A stretch of 39,429 bases of DNA, from positions 1-39,429 of the forward strand of contig DATDTS010000070.1 in the NCBI GenBank assembly GCA_035290745.1, given 5' to 3'. Source of the DNA: Candidatus Bilamarchaeaceae archaeon. GTDB taxonomy: Archaea; Micrarchaeota; Micrarchaeia; Anstonellales; Bilamarchaeaceae. The first letter of the stretch is position 1; every line of letters begins with the position of its first letter. A program made the position numbers and the translations under genes. Positions 1 to 10,622 of this stretch are shown here, in pieces. Below the pieces are notes generated by a model. That model was not told where the DNA came from, did not search any database, and was given only the letters and a program-made list of their open reading frames with translations.

Positions 1-1
1 G

Positions 2-1006
2 CAAGCTTATTACAAAAAAAGAGGTTTAACCCCAGACCAGGCAGTAGAACTGGCATTAGAAAGAGAAAACAATTCAGTAGCCGCAAAATTATCATTAGTA
101 GAAAGATTAGAAAATCTCCATGCTTTCAGGGAAATATTAGGGGTAATCAGATGTTTTCAAGATTTATTTAGAGGTGCACAAAGAATAATTGAATTCTCTC
201 TTTATCCATCTCCAGTTTCAAGGGCAGGGGAAGTTCTTGGTTCAAGGTTCAACTTGTTTTTATATTCAAGTTTAAGGGAAGATCAACTTGCAACTAAAGT
301 TCAAGATGTAGACCTAGTAGTAGTTCAGGGATTACATAGGCATCAAGATATCAATGCTTTATTGGCTCAAATAAAATCAATTGCACAATTAAATGCAGGG
401 ATCATTCTAACCTATAGTACGGATTATACAATTCAAGATACATTTGAAGAATCATTAGAAAGGGCAGGTTTCTCAATAAAAGAGCAAGGAATGATAGAAA
501 TAGAAGCTCCATCAGTTGAACAACTACTAAAAGCAGGAGTTTCAGATGAAGACTTATCAAAAGTAAGGGCAAAAGTAAGAGGGCAAAGCAATATTTTAAT
601 TCTAACAAATGAAAGGGCTTCAGATCAAATAAATGTCCCATCATTAGTTAAAGTTCCAAACTCAAATCAAGGTAAGCCACTTGTAATGAATAATGCTATT
701 GAAATAAACACACCAAGGCCAGTTCTAGAAGCATTAGGTGTTAAATTTATTCCTGAATTGGTGTCCTATCCTTCTGAACCTCTTCTAGTTGATGTTGTTG
801 ATGGTAGAATACCAGTTGCAGTTATTGGTTATGACATGAATCCAAGAAGCCCCAGAAGATTAGAAGTTGATGTTTACCCTGGTGCTTCTGGCACTGATAC
901 CCTAAGGGGTTTTGCAAGAAGATTAAGTAGGATGAGGGGCCCTAGAAGAGACTACGGCATAAGACCAGGACAACATGGAAGGATCCAACTTCAGCGAATA
1001 CGCTGA
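2..1006 (+). CDS. hypothetical protein, C-terminal part (frame open to the left window edge)
   Basis: Frame 2 has no stop from nt 2 to the TGA at 1004-1006. The 250-aa track ORF (TTG at 254) is therefore probably the tail of a longer protein. Arg/Gln-rich C-terminus (GPRRDYGIRPGQHGRIQLQRIR). No motif I can name with confidence. Confidence 0.45.
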   Translation, partial: QAYYKKRGLTPDQAVELALERENNSVAAKLSLVERLENLHAFREILGVIRCFQDLFRGAQRIIEFSLYPSPVSRAGEVLGSRFNLFLYSSLREDQLATKVQDVDLVVVQGLHRHQDINALLAQIKSIAQLNAGIILTYSTDYTIQDTFEESLERAGFSIKEQGMIEIEAPSVEQLLKAGVSDEDLSKVRAKVRGQSNILILTNERASDQINVPSLVKVPNSNQGKPLVMNNAIEINTPRPVLEALGVKFIPELVSYPSEPLLVDVVDGRIPVAVIGYDMNPRSPRRLEVDVYPGASGTDTLRGFARRLSRMRGPRRDYGIRPGQHGRIQLQRIR

Positions 1007-1007
1007 T

Positions 1008-2129
1008 TTAATTATAGTCTTGTTCTAGTGTTGCATATCCTATTCCTTTTGTATGACTTCCGTAATACATAAACCATTTTTCATTTATTTTCATAAGTGT
1101 TGGGTCACCTGGTGGGTTTTCAGGAAACATTTTTCTTGAATCAGGGTCTGTGCTATAATCAAATTCTGGCTCTGAAAACGTTCCATCTTCGAATGTTAAA
1201 TGGAACACTCCCTTATATGACCAAAAGTATAATCTTATTTCTCCATCATCCCATTCAACAAATTCTGGCCCATCTGCTAATCCTTTTAATAAATCGTTTC
1301 TGCTATCCAAAGCAATTCCCTTCTTTTCAAACCTGAGACCGTCATTTGATGTTGCCCATAAAAATAACTGCATATTATTGTTTGGTACCATTTCAGGATA
1401 TTTTTCATTTATTGTCCCTCTGTAAACCATCAAATATTCATCATTTATTTTCATCACTGTTGGGGCTGCAACATTCTCAAATTCCAGTCCTTCGCTGTTT
1501 TTAGTATCAATTCTTGTTCCATCCTCATCATTCCATTTCAATCCATCAAATGAGATTGCACTTTTTATTACACCTGCATTTTGAAAATACATTCTATATT
1601 TTCCATTATCGAGTTTTATCACAGAAGGAAAAGTTGCCCATGTTTTTCTCAATCCTTCGTTTTCCCAATTTATACCATCAGAAGAGGTAGCTGAGTATAC
1701 CTGGCCTTCAAAATTCTGTATTTCAGGTTCGGCTGAATAATACATCCTATATCTACCATTTCCCAAATCAATAATATCTGCGTCAGCATATTTGCCTTCT
1801 ATTGCCAATTCCCCTTTCTTCCAACTATAAGTTGGAATGGTTTCTTCATTCTCTTCAACTTTTGTCTCATTTGAAATTGACCCAACTTGAGTGTCATTTA
1901 ATTCATCATTTGGCACTTCTAACGTTTCATTTTCTATTATACTATTTTTTTCTTCGTCTAATTCTGGTTTCATTTCCTTTGATTCCTCATTTTCTTTAGG
2001 TAAATCACTTTTATTTTCCGCAGTTTTTGAATTTAAGTCCGAGGTTTGCTCATTTGAAACACATCCACTTATAAAAATCACAGAAATTAAAAAAACAATT
2101 AGAGCCAGTTTGTATTTCTTATTTGTCAT
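1008..2129 (-). CDS. secreted lipoprotein with beta-propeller, glycoside-hydrolase-like blades (GH32/43/130-like fold is a guess)
   Basis: N-terminal signal peptide with lipobox-like ISGC. Acidic/Asn-rich linker. Five recurring blade-like motifs: GRYRMYYS, GKYRMYFQ, DEYLMVYRG, GEIRLYFWS, KWFMYYGS. Confidence 0.55.
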   Translation of the reverse strand: MTNKKYKLALIVFLISVIFISGCVSNEQTSDLNSKTAENKSDLPKENEESKEMKPELDEEKNSIIENETLEVPNDELNDTQVGSISNETKVEENEETIPTYSWKKGELAIEGKYADADIIDLGNGRYRMYYSAEPEIQNFEGQVYSATSSDGINWENEGLRKTWATFPSVIKLDNGKYRMYFQNAGVIKSAISFDGLKWNDEDGTRIDTKNSEGLEFENVAAPTVMKINDEYLMVYRGTINEKYPEMVPNNNMQLFLWATSNDGLRFEKKGIALDSRNDLLKGLADGPEFVEWDDGEIRLYFWSYKGVFHLTFEDGTFSEPEFDYSTDPDSRKMFPENPPGDPTLMKINEKWFMYYGSHTKGIGYATLEQDYN

Positions 2130-2280
2130 AATATTCGTTTTTAATAGAAAATTTATATGCTTTTCTAAAGTCCAACAAGAGGAGCGCCTCTCTGGCTGTT
2201 CGTCATCCGCCGTTTAATAATTCGTTATATTTATAAAGTGTGATTTAAACATCTATTTATCATAATACCTAGGTGAACCT

Positions 2281-4218
2281 ATGAATTTAACTCAAAAAAT
2301 ATTAAAGGAACATTTGGTAGAAGGTGAAATGGTACAAGGAAAAGAAGTTGGAATAAAAATAGATCAAGTCCTAACCCAGGATGCAACTGGAACCATGGCC
2401 TTCTTGGAGTTTGAGGCACTAAATATGCCAAGCATACACGCAGAACTTGTAGTTAGTTATGTTGATCACAACATGCTTCAAACGGATTTCAAAAATCCAG
2501 ATGACCATATTTTCTTACAAACAGCAGCATCAAAATTTGGTGCATATTTTTCAAAACCAGGAAATGGTATTTGCCACCAAGTTCACCTAGAAAGATTTTC
2601 TGCTCCAGGTAAAACTCTTTTGGGAAGTGATTCACATACTCCAACCTGTGGAGGAATGTCTTCATTGGCAATTGGTGCTGGTGGATTAGATATTGCATTA
2701 GCAATGGGTGGTGGGGCTTATTATTTTCCAATGCCACAAATCATAGGTGTAAAACTAACTGGGAAATTATCTGATTGGGTTACAGCAAAAGATGTTATTC
2801 TTGAAATGAACAGGCGTGTAACTGTGAAAGGAGGAAAAGGAAAGATATTTGAATATTTTGGGCCTGGAGTTGCAACACTATCAGTTCCTGAAAGATCTAC
2901 AATAACTAATATGGGTGCTGAATTAGGTGCAACTACAAGTATTTTCCCATCAGATGAAATGACTTTAAAATATTTAAAAATGCAAGGAAGAGAAGAGGTC
3001 TATAAATCTCTCTCAGCGGATTCTGAAAGTGATTATGATTCCATAATTGAGATAAATTTAAGTGAACTTGAACCACTTATAGCAAAACCACACAGTCCTG
3101 ATAATGTTGTACCAATAAAAGAAGTTGCAGGAATAAAAGTTGATCAGGTTATAATTGGTTCATGTACTAACTCTTCTTTTCGTGATTTGATGTCCGTTGC
3201 TTCTATCCTCAAAGGTAAGAAAGTAGCTTCTGGAGTAAGTTTTGCTGTTGTTCCTGGTTCAAAACAAGTTTATGAGCAGATTGCAAGAAATGGTGCATTG
3301 GCTGATTTAATTGCAGCAGGTGCGAGAATTCTTGAAAGTGCTTGTGGCCCATGCATTGGTATGGGTCAAGTTCCTCGTTCTGGTGGAGTTTCAGTAAGAA
3401 GTTTTAACAGAAACTTTAAAGGTAGATGTGGTAGTACTGATGCAGGTGTTTACCTTTCAAGTCCAGAGGTTTGTGCAGCATGTGCACTTACTGGAGTGAT
3501 CACTGATCCAAGAGATCTTGGTGTATATACGGAAATTCAATGGCCTGCAAAACTAGAGATTGACGATTCTATGATTTTAAAACCTTCATCTGATCCAGAG
3601 AATGTTGAAATAATAAAAGGGCCAAATATAAAATCATTACCAGAAATGAAACCTCTTCAAAACACCATTAGCAAAGAAGTTTTGTTAAAAGTTGGGGATA
3701 ACATTACAACAGACCATATTATGCCAGCAGGTGCAGAGATTCTTCCATTGAGATCGAATATCCCCGAAATATCAAAATATACTTACAGGATTATTGATAA
3801 AGAATTTCCGCAAAGGTGTTTGGAAAAAGGAGGAGGGATTATAATTGGTGGAGAGAACTATGGCCAAGGATCGTCAAGAGAACATGCAGCAATTGCACCT
3901 CTTTATCTTGGTATTAGGGCAAAGATTGTCAAATCGTATGCAAGAATCCATCTTCAGAATTTGATTAATTGGGGCATTTTACCATTAGAATTCGTGAATC
4001 CTGTAGACTATGATAAAATTGATCAAGGCGATGAACTGGAATTAGTAGATATTTTAAATTCACTAAAGCATGGAAAGCCAGTTAAGGTGAAAAACGTAAC
4101 TAAAAACTACGAATTTGAAGCAAAGTATACGTTGTCAAAAAGGGATATTGATACTTTAATTGTTGGCGGGTCAATTAATTATGTGAAAACTATGCAAACT
4201 CAGAAGATCACAGCTTAA
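2281..4218 (+). CDS. acn: aconitate hydratase (aconitase family, single-chain 645 aa)
   Basis: Fe-S ligand and substrate motifs GSDSHTPTCGG, IGSCTNSS and CGPCIGMG. The swivel-domain end is present. AGGTGA lies 6 nt upstream of the ATG. Confidence 0.9.
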   Translation: MNLTQKILKEHLVEGEMVQGKEVGIKIDQVLTQDATGTMAFLEFEALNMPSIHAELVVSYVDHNMLQTDFKNPDDHIFLQTAASKFGAYFSKPGNGICHQVHLERFSAPGKTLLGSDSHTPTCGGMSSLAIGAGGLDIALAMGGGAYYFPMPQIIGVKLTGKLSDWVTAKDVILEMNRRVTVKGGKGKIFEYFGPGVATLSVPERSTITNMGAELGATTSIFPSDEMTLKYLKMQGREEVYKSLSADSESDYDSIIEINLSELEPLIAKPHSPDNVVPIKEVAGIKVDQVIIGSCTNSSFRDLMSVASILKGKKVASGVSFAVVPGSKQVYEQIARNGALADLIAAGARILESACGPCIGMGQVPRSGGVSVRSFNRNFKGRCGSTDAGVYLSSPEVCAACALTGVITDPRDLGVYTEIQWPAKLEIDDSMILKPSSDPENVEIIKGPNIKSLPEMKPLQNTISKEVLLKVGDNITTDHIMPAGAEILPLRSNIPEISKYTYRIIDKEFPQRCLEKGGGIIIGGENYGQGSSREHAAIAPLYLGIRAKIVKSYARIHLQNLINWGILPLEFVNPVDYDKIDQGDELELVDILNSLKHGKPVKVKNVTKNYEFEAKYTLSKRDIDTLIVGGSINYVKTMQTQKITA

Positions 4219-4245
4219 GATTTGTGACATACATTTAAATCTGAA

Positions 4246-4518
4246 TTGTCTCAAATAATTATCGTGCAACTCCGAAGGAGAACTTTACATACAAATCCCG
4301 AGCCACTGAAACCAAGGGTTGTTGATTTAGATAGAAAATACACACTTAGTGACGCATCTGAAATAACTGGTTTTTCAATAGACAAATTAAGAAGAAGATT
4401 AAGAAGTTATAAGGAAGCGTTTCGTGATCCTTTTATTGGACATCTTTTGATTGGTGGGGAAACGGTTTTTCGTATTTTAACCGGAATTGGAACAAAGTGG
4501 GAGGATAAATTTGATTAA
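4246..4518 (+). CDS. small hypothetical protein with a possible helix-turn-helix
   Basis: Track ORF with a non-ATG start (TTG at 4246 or GTG at 4264). The segment YTLSDASEITGFSIDKLRRRL resembles an excisionase/MerR-type HTH. No other support. Confidence 0.3.
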   Translation: MSQIIIVQLRRRTLHTNPEPLKPRVVDLDRKYTLSDASEITGFSIDKLRRRLRSYKEAFRDPFIGHLLIGGETVFRILTGIGTKWEDKFD

Positions 4519-4586
4519 TCCAACTTTACTATTATTCAAAAACATTCATTCTATCTTTTTAATCCTTTTCTTTGATTTTACTCATT

Positions 4587-5903
4587 ATGTTTAAAGTAGT
4601 TAAATTTGGGGGAAGTTCATTAGCATCTGCTGACCTATTCAAACAAGTTGCAGAAATCATTCAATCAGATAAAGACAGAAAAGTCGTTGTAGTTTCAGCA
4701 CCTGGAAGATCAAATCCAAACGATTCTAAAACAACTGACCTGCTAATTAAAATCTCTGAAAATGTTTTAAGTGGGAAGGCATATTCCAAAGAATTTGATG
4801 AAATTAAAGAGAGATTAATTAATTTGGAAAAAGAACTAGATCCTAAAACACCTGTTGCAAATTTAATGACGAGTGAACTTCAAAAAAGAATTAAGAAAAG
4901 GGAAAAAAACGCAATTATTGCATTAGGTGAAGAATTTTCAGCAAGGCTTTTAGCTGATTATCTGGAGGGTTCTGTTTATTTAGATCCAAAAGATGCTAAT
5001 TTTCTGATTGATGAAACCCCCTATGGGAAAAGATATGTACCAAAATCATCATTTTTCTCAATTAGACAGGTATTCAATAAATTAAAAGATAAAATAGTTA
5101 TTTTTCCTGGTTTTTTTGGAATTGATTCAAGGGGAAGAATAAGGGTACTTCAAAGGGGTGGAAGCGATTACACAGCATCAATCCTATCAGTTATTTTAAA
5201 TGCAGATTTACATGAGAATTTCACTGATGTTGATGGTATCTCAGTTGTTGAACCTGATATTCTGCCAGATACAGAGAAAATAAGATTTATGTCACTTTAT
5301 GAATTAAGCGAATTAACCTTAGATGGGTCTTTTGGTGTTTTTCAGGATTTTGCAGTTGCCCCTCTTGCGCGAAATAAAATTCAAATTCATGTTTTATCTA
5401 CAAAATTGCCAAAAGGTGAAGGGACAAGAATTGTTGAAACTTTACCTAATAATTTACCTAAAATAAGAGGAATTGCCTGTAAAAAAGACTTTGTAATATT
5501 TGATATTTTCAAATATGGTCTTGATCAGGAAATCGGCCTAAAACTAGAATTAGAAAAAATATTCGCAAATCACAAGCTCTCAGTTGGTCGTGTTCCAAGT
5601 TCTTTGAATTCAATGTCCATTATTCTGTCATGTAAATTGGATCTTTCAACCCTAAGTCAGGAAATAAAAGATGCAGTTAAACCAGATGAGCTAAGAGTTA
5701 TCAATGATGTTGCTTTGGTTTCAGTTGTAGGGGAGGAACTTGAAAAAACAAAAGGAGTTGGAATGAGAATCCTAAAATCAATTTCTGATCATGATATAAA
5801 CATTCTCAAGGCAATGTTTGATGGTATCAACTTCGTTTGTGTTATTCCAAATAATGAAGCAAAAAAAGCTGTAAAAGCAATTTATGAGGAGTTTTTTGCT
5901 TAG
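4587..5903 (+). CDS. aspartate kinase
   Basis: Amino-acid-kinase N-terminus VVKFGGSSLA and VVVVSAPGRSN..TTD. C-terminal ACT-like repeats (VALVSVVGEEL.., INFVCVIPNNEA). ATG at 4587 is preferred over the TTG at 4572 given in the track. Confidence 0.85.
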   Translation: MFKVVKFGGSSLASADLFKQVAEIIQSDKDRKVVVVSAPGRSNPNDSKTTDLLIKISENVLSGKAYSKEFDEIKERLINLEKELDPKTPVANLMTSELQKRIKKREKNAIIALGEEFSARLLADYLEGSVYLDPKDANFLIDETPYGKRYVPKSSFFSIRQVFNKLKDKIVIFPGFFGIDSRGRIRVLQRGGSDYTASILSVILNADLHENFTDVDGISVVEPDILPDTEKIRFMSLYELSELTLDGSFGVFQDFAVAPLARNKIQIHVLSTKLPKGEGTRIVETLPNNLPKIRGIACKKDFVIFDIFKYGLDQEIGLKLELEKIFANHKLSVGRVPSSLNSMSIILSCKLDLSTLSQEIKDAVKPDELRVINDVALVSVVGEELEKTKGVGMRILKSISDHDINILKAMFDGINFVCVIPNNEAKKAVKAIYEEFFA

Positions 5904-6019
5904 AATCTACATTCATCGTCTTTTATCGAACTAGGTTACGATCATATTTATAAATCTTATTAACACCATTTTCTATGCTTCTTTATATCCTAAATAATCT
6001 GTTAGATATGGTGATAAGT

Positions 6020-7234
6020 ATGTCTGAAAAAATATCTATGAAAGATGGCAAATTGCATGTGCCTGATATGCCAACTATTCCTTATATCTCTGGTGATGGG
6101 ATTGGTGTTGACATTTGGCCAGTTGTCCAAAAAATAGTAGATTCTGCTGTTCATAAAGCATATAAAGGAAAGAAAAAAATTAACTGGAAAAAGGTTTTAG
6201 CAGGGGATGAAGCAAATGAAAAGCTTGGTACCTTTTTGCCTGATGATACAATTAACTCAATTAAAGAGTATTTAGTTGCAATAAAAGGCCCTTTAACAAC
6301 TCCAGTAGGTGGCGGCCACAGATCCTTAAACGTGACTATGCGCCAAGTCTTGGACTTATACTGCTGTGTAAGGCCAGTTAGATGGTTCAATGGTGTTCCA
6401 AACCCAATGAAATCTCCTGAAAAACTTAATGTTGTAATATTCAGGGAAAATACAGAAGATGTTTATTCTGGTATTGAATTCAAGCAAGGAACAGAAGAAG
6501 CAAAAAAAGTTATTGATTTTATATCAGCTTTTGGCAAGAAAATAAGGCCTGATTCAGGTGTTGGAGTCAAACCAATTTCAATAACCGGAACTAAAAGATT
6601 AGTTGAAGCTGCAATTAATTATGCGATTAATAACAAGAAAAACATTGTCACTTTAGTTCACAAGGGAAATATCATGAAATTTACCGAAGGCTCATTTAGA
6701 GAATGGGGTTATGAAGTAGCTAAGGAAAAATTCGCTGATAAGATAATCACAGAACAAGAAGTCCTTGAGAAACATGAAGGTAAAATTCCACATGGAAAAA
6801 TAATGATAAACGATAGGATTGCAGATGCAATGTTCCAACAATTATTATTACGGCCAGATGAATACCAAGTAATTGCCACAATGAACCTTAATGGTGATTA
6901 TATAAGTGATGCATGTGCTGCACAGGTTGGTGGTTTGGGAATTGCACCAGGTGCAAATATAAACTACAAAACAGGACATGCATTATTTGAGGCAACTCAT
7001 GGAACTGCCCCAAAACATGCAGGTCAGGATAAAGTTAACCCAGGTTCATTACTTCTTTCAGCGGTTATGATGCTTGAATATTTAGGTTGGAAAGAAGCAG
7101 CACGAAGTGTTGAAAGTGCATTTGAGAAAACAATTGATAAAAAAATAGTAACCTACGATTTAGCAAGGCAAATGGAAGGTGCAAAAGAGGTAAAATGCTC
7201 AGAATTCGGTAATCATATCATCTCTAACCTGTGA
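6020..7234 (+). CDS. icd: isocitrate dehydrogenase (NADP-type, prokaryotic homodimeric family)
   Basis: Motifs [28 protein letters not shown] and [27 protein letters not shown]. The ATG at 6020 ([15 protein letters not shown]) fits the family N-terminus better than 5975. Confidence 0.9.
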   Translation: MSEKISMKDGKLHVPDMPTIPYISGDGIGVDIWPVVQKIVDSAVHKAYKGKKKINWKKVLAGDEANEKLGTFLPDDTINSIKEYLVAIKGPLTTPVGGGHRSLNVTMRQVLDLYCCVRPVRWFNGVPNPMKSPEKLNVVIFRENTEDVYSGIEFKQGTEEAKKVIDFISAFGKKIRPDSGVGVKPISITGTKRLVEAAINYAINNKKNIVTLVHKGNIMKFTEGSFREWGYEVAKEKFADKIITEQEVLEKHEGKIPHGKIMINDRIADAMFQQLLLRPDEYQVIATMNLNGDYISDACAAQVGGLGIAPGANINYKTGHALFEATHGTAPKHAGQDKVNPGSLLLSAVMMLEYLGWKEAARSVESAFEKTIDKKIVTYDLARQMEGAKEVKCSEFGNHIISNL

Positions 7235-7239
7235 GAAAA

Positions 7240-7482
7240 ATGGTAACTATTGATTTAGCTTTAACTGAAGCATGTCAAACTATAAAATCTATAGCACTTT
7301 TCTTTTTAGTTATCTTTCTTATTCAAACTTTTATAGTTTATATAGAGGGAAAAGAAAAAGCACACAAAAAATGGCTTCTGCCAGCGGCTGTTGTTTTTTT
7401 ACTTTTATTAGTTTACCTCTTTACACAAAATATACTGAATATGATTGCAGGAATTGTAAAATTAGAATTAGCTCAATGTTAA
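7240..7482 (+). CDS. small two-helix membrane protein, hypothetical
   Basis: Hydrophobic ORF between icd and aclB. ATG at 7240 lies inside the GTG-started track ORF. No homology recognised. Confidence 0.3.
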   Translation: MVTIDLALTEACQTIKSIALFFLVIFLIQTFIVYIEGKEKAHKKWLLPAAVVFLLLLVYLFTQNILNMIAGIVKLELAQC

Positions 7483-7492
7483 AGAAATTAAG

Positions 7493-8797
7493 GTGATACC
7501 TATTGCAAGAAGAAAAATAAGAGAAATTGATGGTCGAAATATGTTTGGTGGCTACTTTAATATTCCTCTAGATGGGGTTTTAGTTTCTCAAGAAACAGAT
7601 ATTGAGAACCTTCCTGCAAAATATTACTGGTTAAAATCTAAAAAACTTGTTGTTAAACCAGATATGCTAATAGGAAAAAAAGGAAAGAACAATCTAATCC
7701 TTCTAAATGCTGATTTTTCTCAAGCAAAAAAATTCATTAAAGAAAACATGAATAAGCAAATCACAATTGGTAAAGTAACTGGTAACTTAACGCATTTCAT
7801 AATCCAGCCATTTGTTCCTCATGAGGAAGAATACTTTGTTTCAATTATGAGTGGTAGGGATTCAGACACAATCTACTTTTCTGATAAGGGGGGCGTAGAT
7901 GTAGAAGAAAATTGGGATAAAATAAAAAGCATTTCAGTTCCAATCCTAGGTGAGTTTCCTGAAGTTGAGCTAAAAAGCACTCTCACATCATTTCCAAAGA
8001 ATCATCAAAAACAATTATTTGATTTTATAAAAAGGCTTCACATGTTTTTTGTTGATTATGATTTCTCATACCTTGAATTAAATCCTTTCTCTTTTGTTAA
8101 AAACCTTCCATTACCTCTTGGGTTTGTTGGAGAATTAGATGATTGTGCAGAATACAAGAATTGTAAAAAATGGGGAGATCTAAAATTCCCTCAGAGTTTT
8201 GGGAAAACTCTAACAAAAGAAGAGAATTTCATAAAAGACCTTGACTCAAAAACAGGCGCTTCCCTAAAATTAACTATTCTAAATCCAAATGGGAAGGTTT
8301 GGCCAATGGTTGCTGGCGGTGGAGCATCTGTAATCTACGCTGACACGATAGTTGACCTTGGTTTCAGTAATGAGCTTGCTATTTATGGAGAATACTCCGG
8401 AGACCCTAATGAAGAAGAAACCTATCAATATGCAACAACAATACTTGATCTTATGACAAGAGAAAAAAGAAAAGATGGCAAAATTCTTATAATTGGGGGA
8501 GGAATTGCAAATTTTACTGATGTTGCTAAAACTTTTCAGGGGATTGTAAGAGCATTACGTGATTATAAGGAAAAACTACAGAAAAATAATGTAAAAATAT
8601 ATGTAAGACGTGGAGGCCCGAATTATGAGATTGGTCTTAATCTTATGAAAAAACTCGGAAATGAATTAGGTGTTCCTATGGAAGTATACGGTCCTGAGAC
8701 TCATATGACAAAAATAGTTTCGCTTGCTTTGATGGAATCAGGAATTCAATCAAAAGGGAACGGTAAATCGGTTCTCTCCTTGAATCGTCAAAGGTGA
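7493..8797 (+). CDS. aclB: ATP-citrate lyase, small (SCS-beta-like, ATP-grasp) subunit
   Basis: ATP-grasp and succinyl-CoA-synthetase-beta-like sequence. The N-terminus IARRKIREIDG resembles ACL N-termini as I recall them. Placed directly upstream of aclA with a 4-nt gap. The start is non-ATG (GTG at 7493) and uncertain by a few codons. Confidence 0.8.
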   Translation: MIPIARRKIREIDGRNMFGGYFNIPLDGVLVSQETDIENLPAKYYWLKSKKLVVKPDMLIGKKGKNNLILLNADFSQAKKFIKENMNKQITIGKVTGNLTHFIIQPFVPHEEEYFVSIMSGRDSDTIYFSDKGGVDVEENWDKIKSISVPILGEFPEVELKSTLTSFPKNHQKQLFDFIKRLHMFFVDYDFSYLELNPFSFVKNLPLPLGFVGELDDCAEYKNCKKWGDLKFPQSFGKTLTKEENFIKDLDSKTGASLKLTILNPNGKVWPMVAGGGASVIYADTIVDLGFSNELAIYGEYSGDPNEEETYQYATTILDLMTREKRKDGKILIIGGGIANFTDVAKTFQGIVRALRDYKEKLQKNNVKIYVRRGGPNYEIGLNLMKKLGNELGVPMEVYGPETHMTKIVSLALMESGIQSKGNGKSVLSLNRQR

Positions 8798-8801
8798 TAT
8801 T

Positions 8802-10622
8802 ATGAAAGATTTATTTACAGATAAAACTCAGTGTTTCATATACAATCTAAAACCAATTCCAATTCAACGAATGCTTGATTTTGATTATCTTTGCAGGAGA
8901 ACAACACCAAGTGTAGTAGCTGTTATTGCACCAGGTAAAGCAGGCTCTCTCAAAGCTTTTTTTGGTGCAAAAGAAATATTAATTCCAGTTTATGATAGCA
9001 TAAAAGAAGCTGTAAAACTAAATCCTTCTGTTGATGTTTTTGTAAATTTTGCATCTTTTAGAAGTGCTTATGACTCTTCTTTGGAGGCACTTGAGTCCGA
9101 TTCGATCAAAACTGTTGCAATTATTGCTGAAGGAATTCCAGAAAGACTAACCAAACAGCTTATAGCAGTTGCAAAGAAAAAGAACAAATGTATTATAGGC
9201 CCTGCAAGTGTTGGTGGGTTATCAGCAGGTAAATTTAGAATAGGAAATACTGCTGGAACAATAGAAAATATAATCGCATGCAAGCTTTATCGGCCAGGCT
9301 CAGTTGGTTTTGTATCAAAATCCGGAGGCCTTTCAAATGAAATGTTTAATGTTATCTCAAGAAATGCTGATGGAATTTACGAAGGAATTGCAATTGGTGG
9401 GGATGCATATCCTGGTTCAAGATTAATAGATCACATCTTACGATTTGAGAAAATTCCAGATATAAAAATGATTGTTGCACTTGGAGAAGTTGGAGGTACC
9501 GAGGAATATGAAATTACAGATGCACTGAAAACTAACAAAATTACTAAACCAGTTGTGATGTGGGTTACTGGAACCTGTGCAAAAGTTTTCCCTGGAGAAG
9601 TCCAATTTGGGCATGCTGGTGCAAAAACCGGCGATGAGAAGGGCTCTGCTGATGCAAAGAACTCTGCCCTAAGAGAAGCAGGAGTTATCGTTCCAGATTC
9701 TTATCAGGATTTTGATGTCAAAATAAAACATACTTTTGATTCTTTGAAAAAACAAGGAAAAATAAAAGAAATCAAAGAACCCGGATTTCCAGAAATGCCT
9801 TTGGAATATACAGTTGCATTAAAGCAGGGTAAGATAAGAAAAGCAACAAACTTTATATGTACAACCTCTGATGATCGCGGTGATGAGCCACATTATGCCG
9901 GAATTCCTATGACTAAAATGATTGAGGAGAATTATTCATTAGGAGATGTTATTTCACTTTTATGGTTTAGAAAAAGACTTCCGTCATATGCAAGTAAATT
10001 TATTGAAACTGTTCTATTGATAGTAGCTGATCATGGCCCATGTGTAAGTGGTGCACATAATGCTATTGTCTCATCAAGAGCTGGAAAAGATCTTGTTTCT
10101 TCTCTTTGTTCTGGTTTATTAACCATTGGTCCAAGATTTGGTGGAGCAATTGATGATTCTGCGCGGTTCTTTAAACATGCTTGTGATTCAAAAACCCAAC
10201 CAGACGAATTTGTTGAAGACATGAAGAAAAAAGGGATCAACATTCCTGGAATTGGCCATAGAATCAAATCAGCAAAGAACCCTGACAAAAGAGTTGAGAT
10301 ACTTAAAAATTATGCAAAAAAGCATTTTCCACATACAAAATATTTGGATTATGCTCTTTTAGTTGAAAATGAAACACTAAAGAAAGGTGACAACCTTATA
10401 TTAAATGTCGATGGCACCATTGCAGTTTTATTTTTGGATTTGATTGATGGATGTAAGATTTTTTCAAATGAAGAATTTGACTCTATTGTTGATGTTGGCT
10501 ATTTAAATGGGTTATTTGTTCTGGCTCGTTCAATTGGTATCATGGGCCATGTTTTTGACCAAAAGAGGCTGAAACAACCATTGTACAGGCATCCATGGGA
10601 CGATGTATTATTTTTAGAGTAG
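8802..10622 (+). CDS. aclA: ATP-citrate lyase, large (SCS-alpha-like plus citrate-synthase-like) subunit
   Basis: CoA-binding/SCS-alpha part with phosphohistidine loop VQFGHAGAKTG. C-terminal citrate-synthase-like domain ending LYRHPWDDVLFLE. AAAGGTGAT lies before the ATG. Confidence 0.9.
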   Translation: MKDLFTDKTQCFIYNLKPIPIQRMLDFDYLCRRTTPSVVAVIAPGKAGSLKAFFGAKEILIPVYDSIKEAVKLNPSVDVFVNFASFRSAYDSSLEALESDSIKTVAIIAEGIPERLTKQLIAVAKKKNKCIIGPASVGGLSAGKFRIGNTAGTIENIIACKLYRPGSVGFVSKSGGLSNEMFNVISRNADGIYEGIAIGGDAYPGSRLIDHILRFEKIPDIKMIVALGEVGGTEEYEITDALKTNKITKPVVMWVTGTCAKVFPGEVQFGHAGAKTGDEKGSADAKNSALREAGVIVPDSYQDFDVKIKHTFDSLKKQGKIKEIKEPGFPEMPLEYTVALKQGKIRKATNFICTTSDDRGDEPHYAGIPMTKMIEENYSLGDVISLLWFRKRLPSYASKFIETVLLIVADHGPCVSGAHNAIVSSRAGKDLVSSLCSGLLTIGPRFGGAIDDSARFFKHACDSKTQPDEFVEDMKKKGINIPGIGHRIKSAKNPDKRVEILKNYAKKHFPHTKYLDYALLVENETLKKGDNLILNVDGTIAVLFLDLIDGCKIFSNEEFDSIVDVGYLNGLFVLARSIGIMGHVFDQKRLKQPLYRHPWDDVLFLE

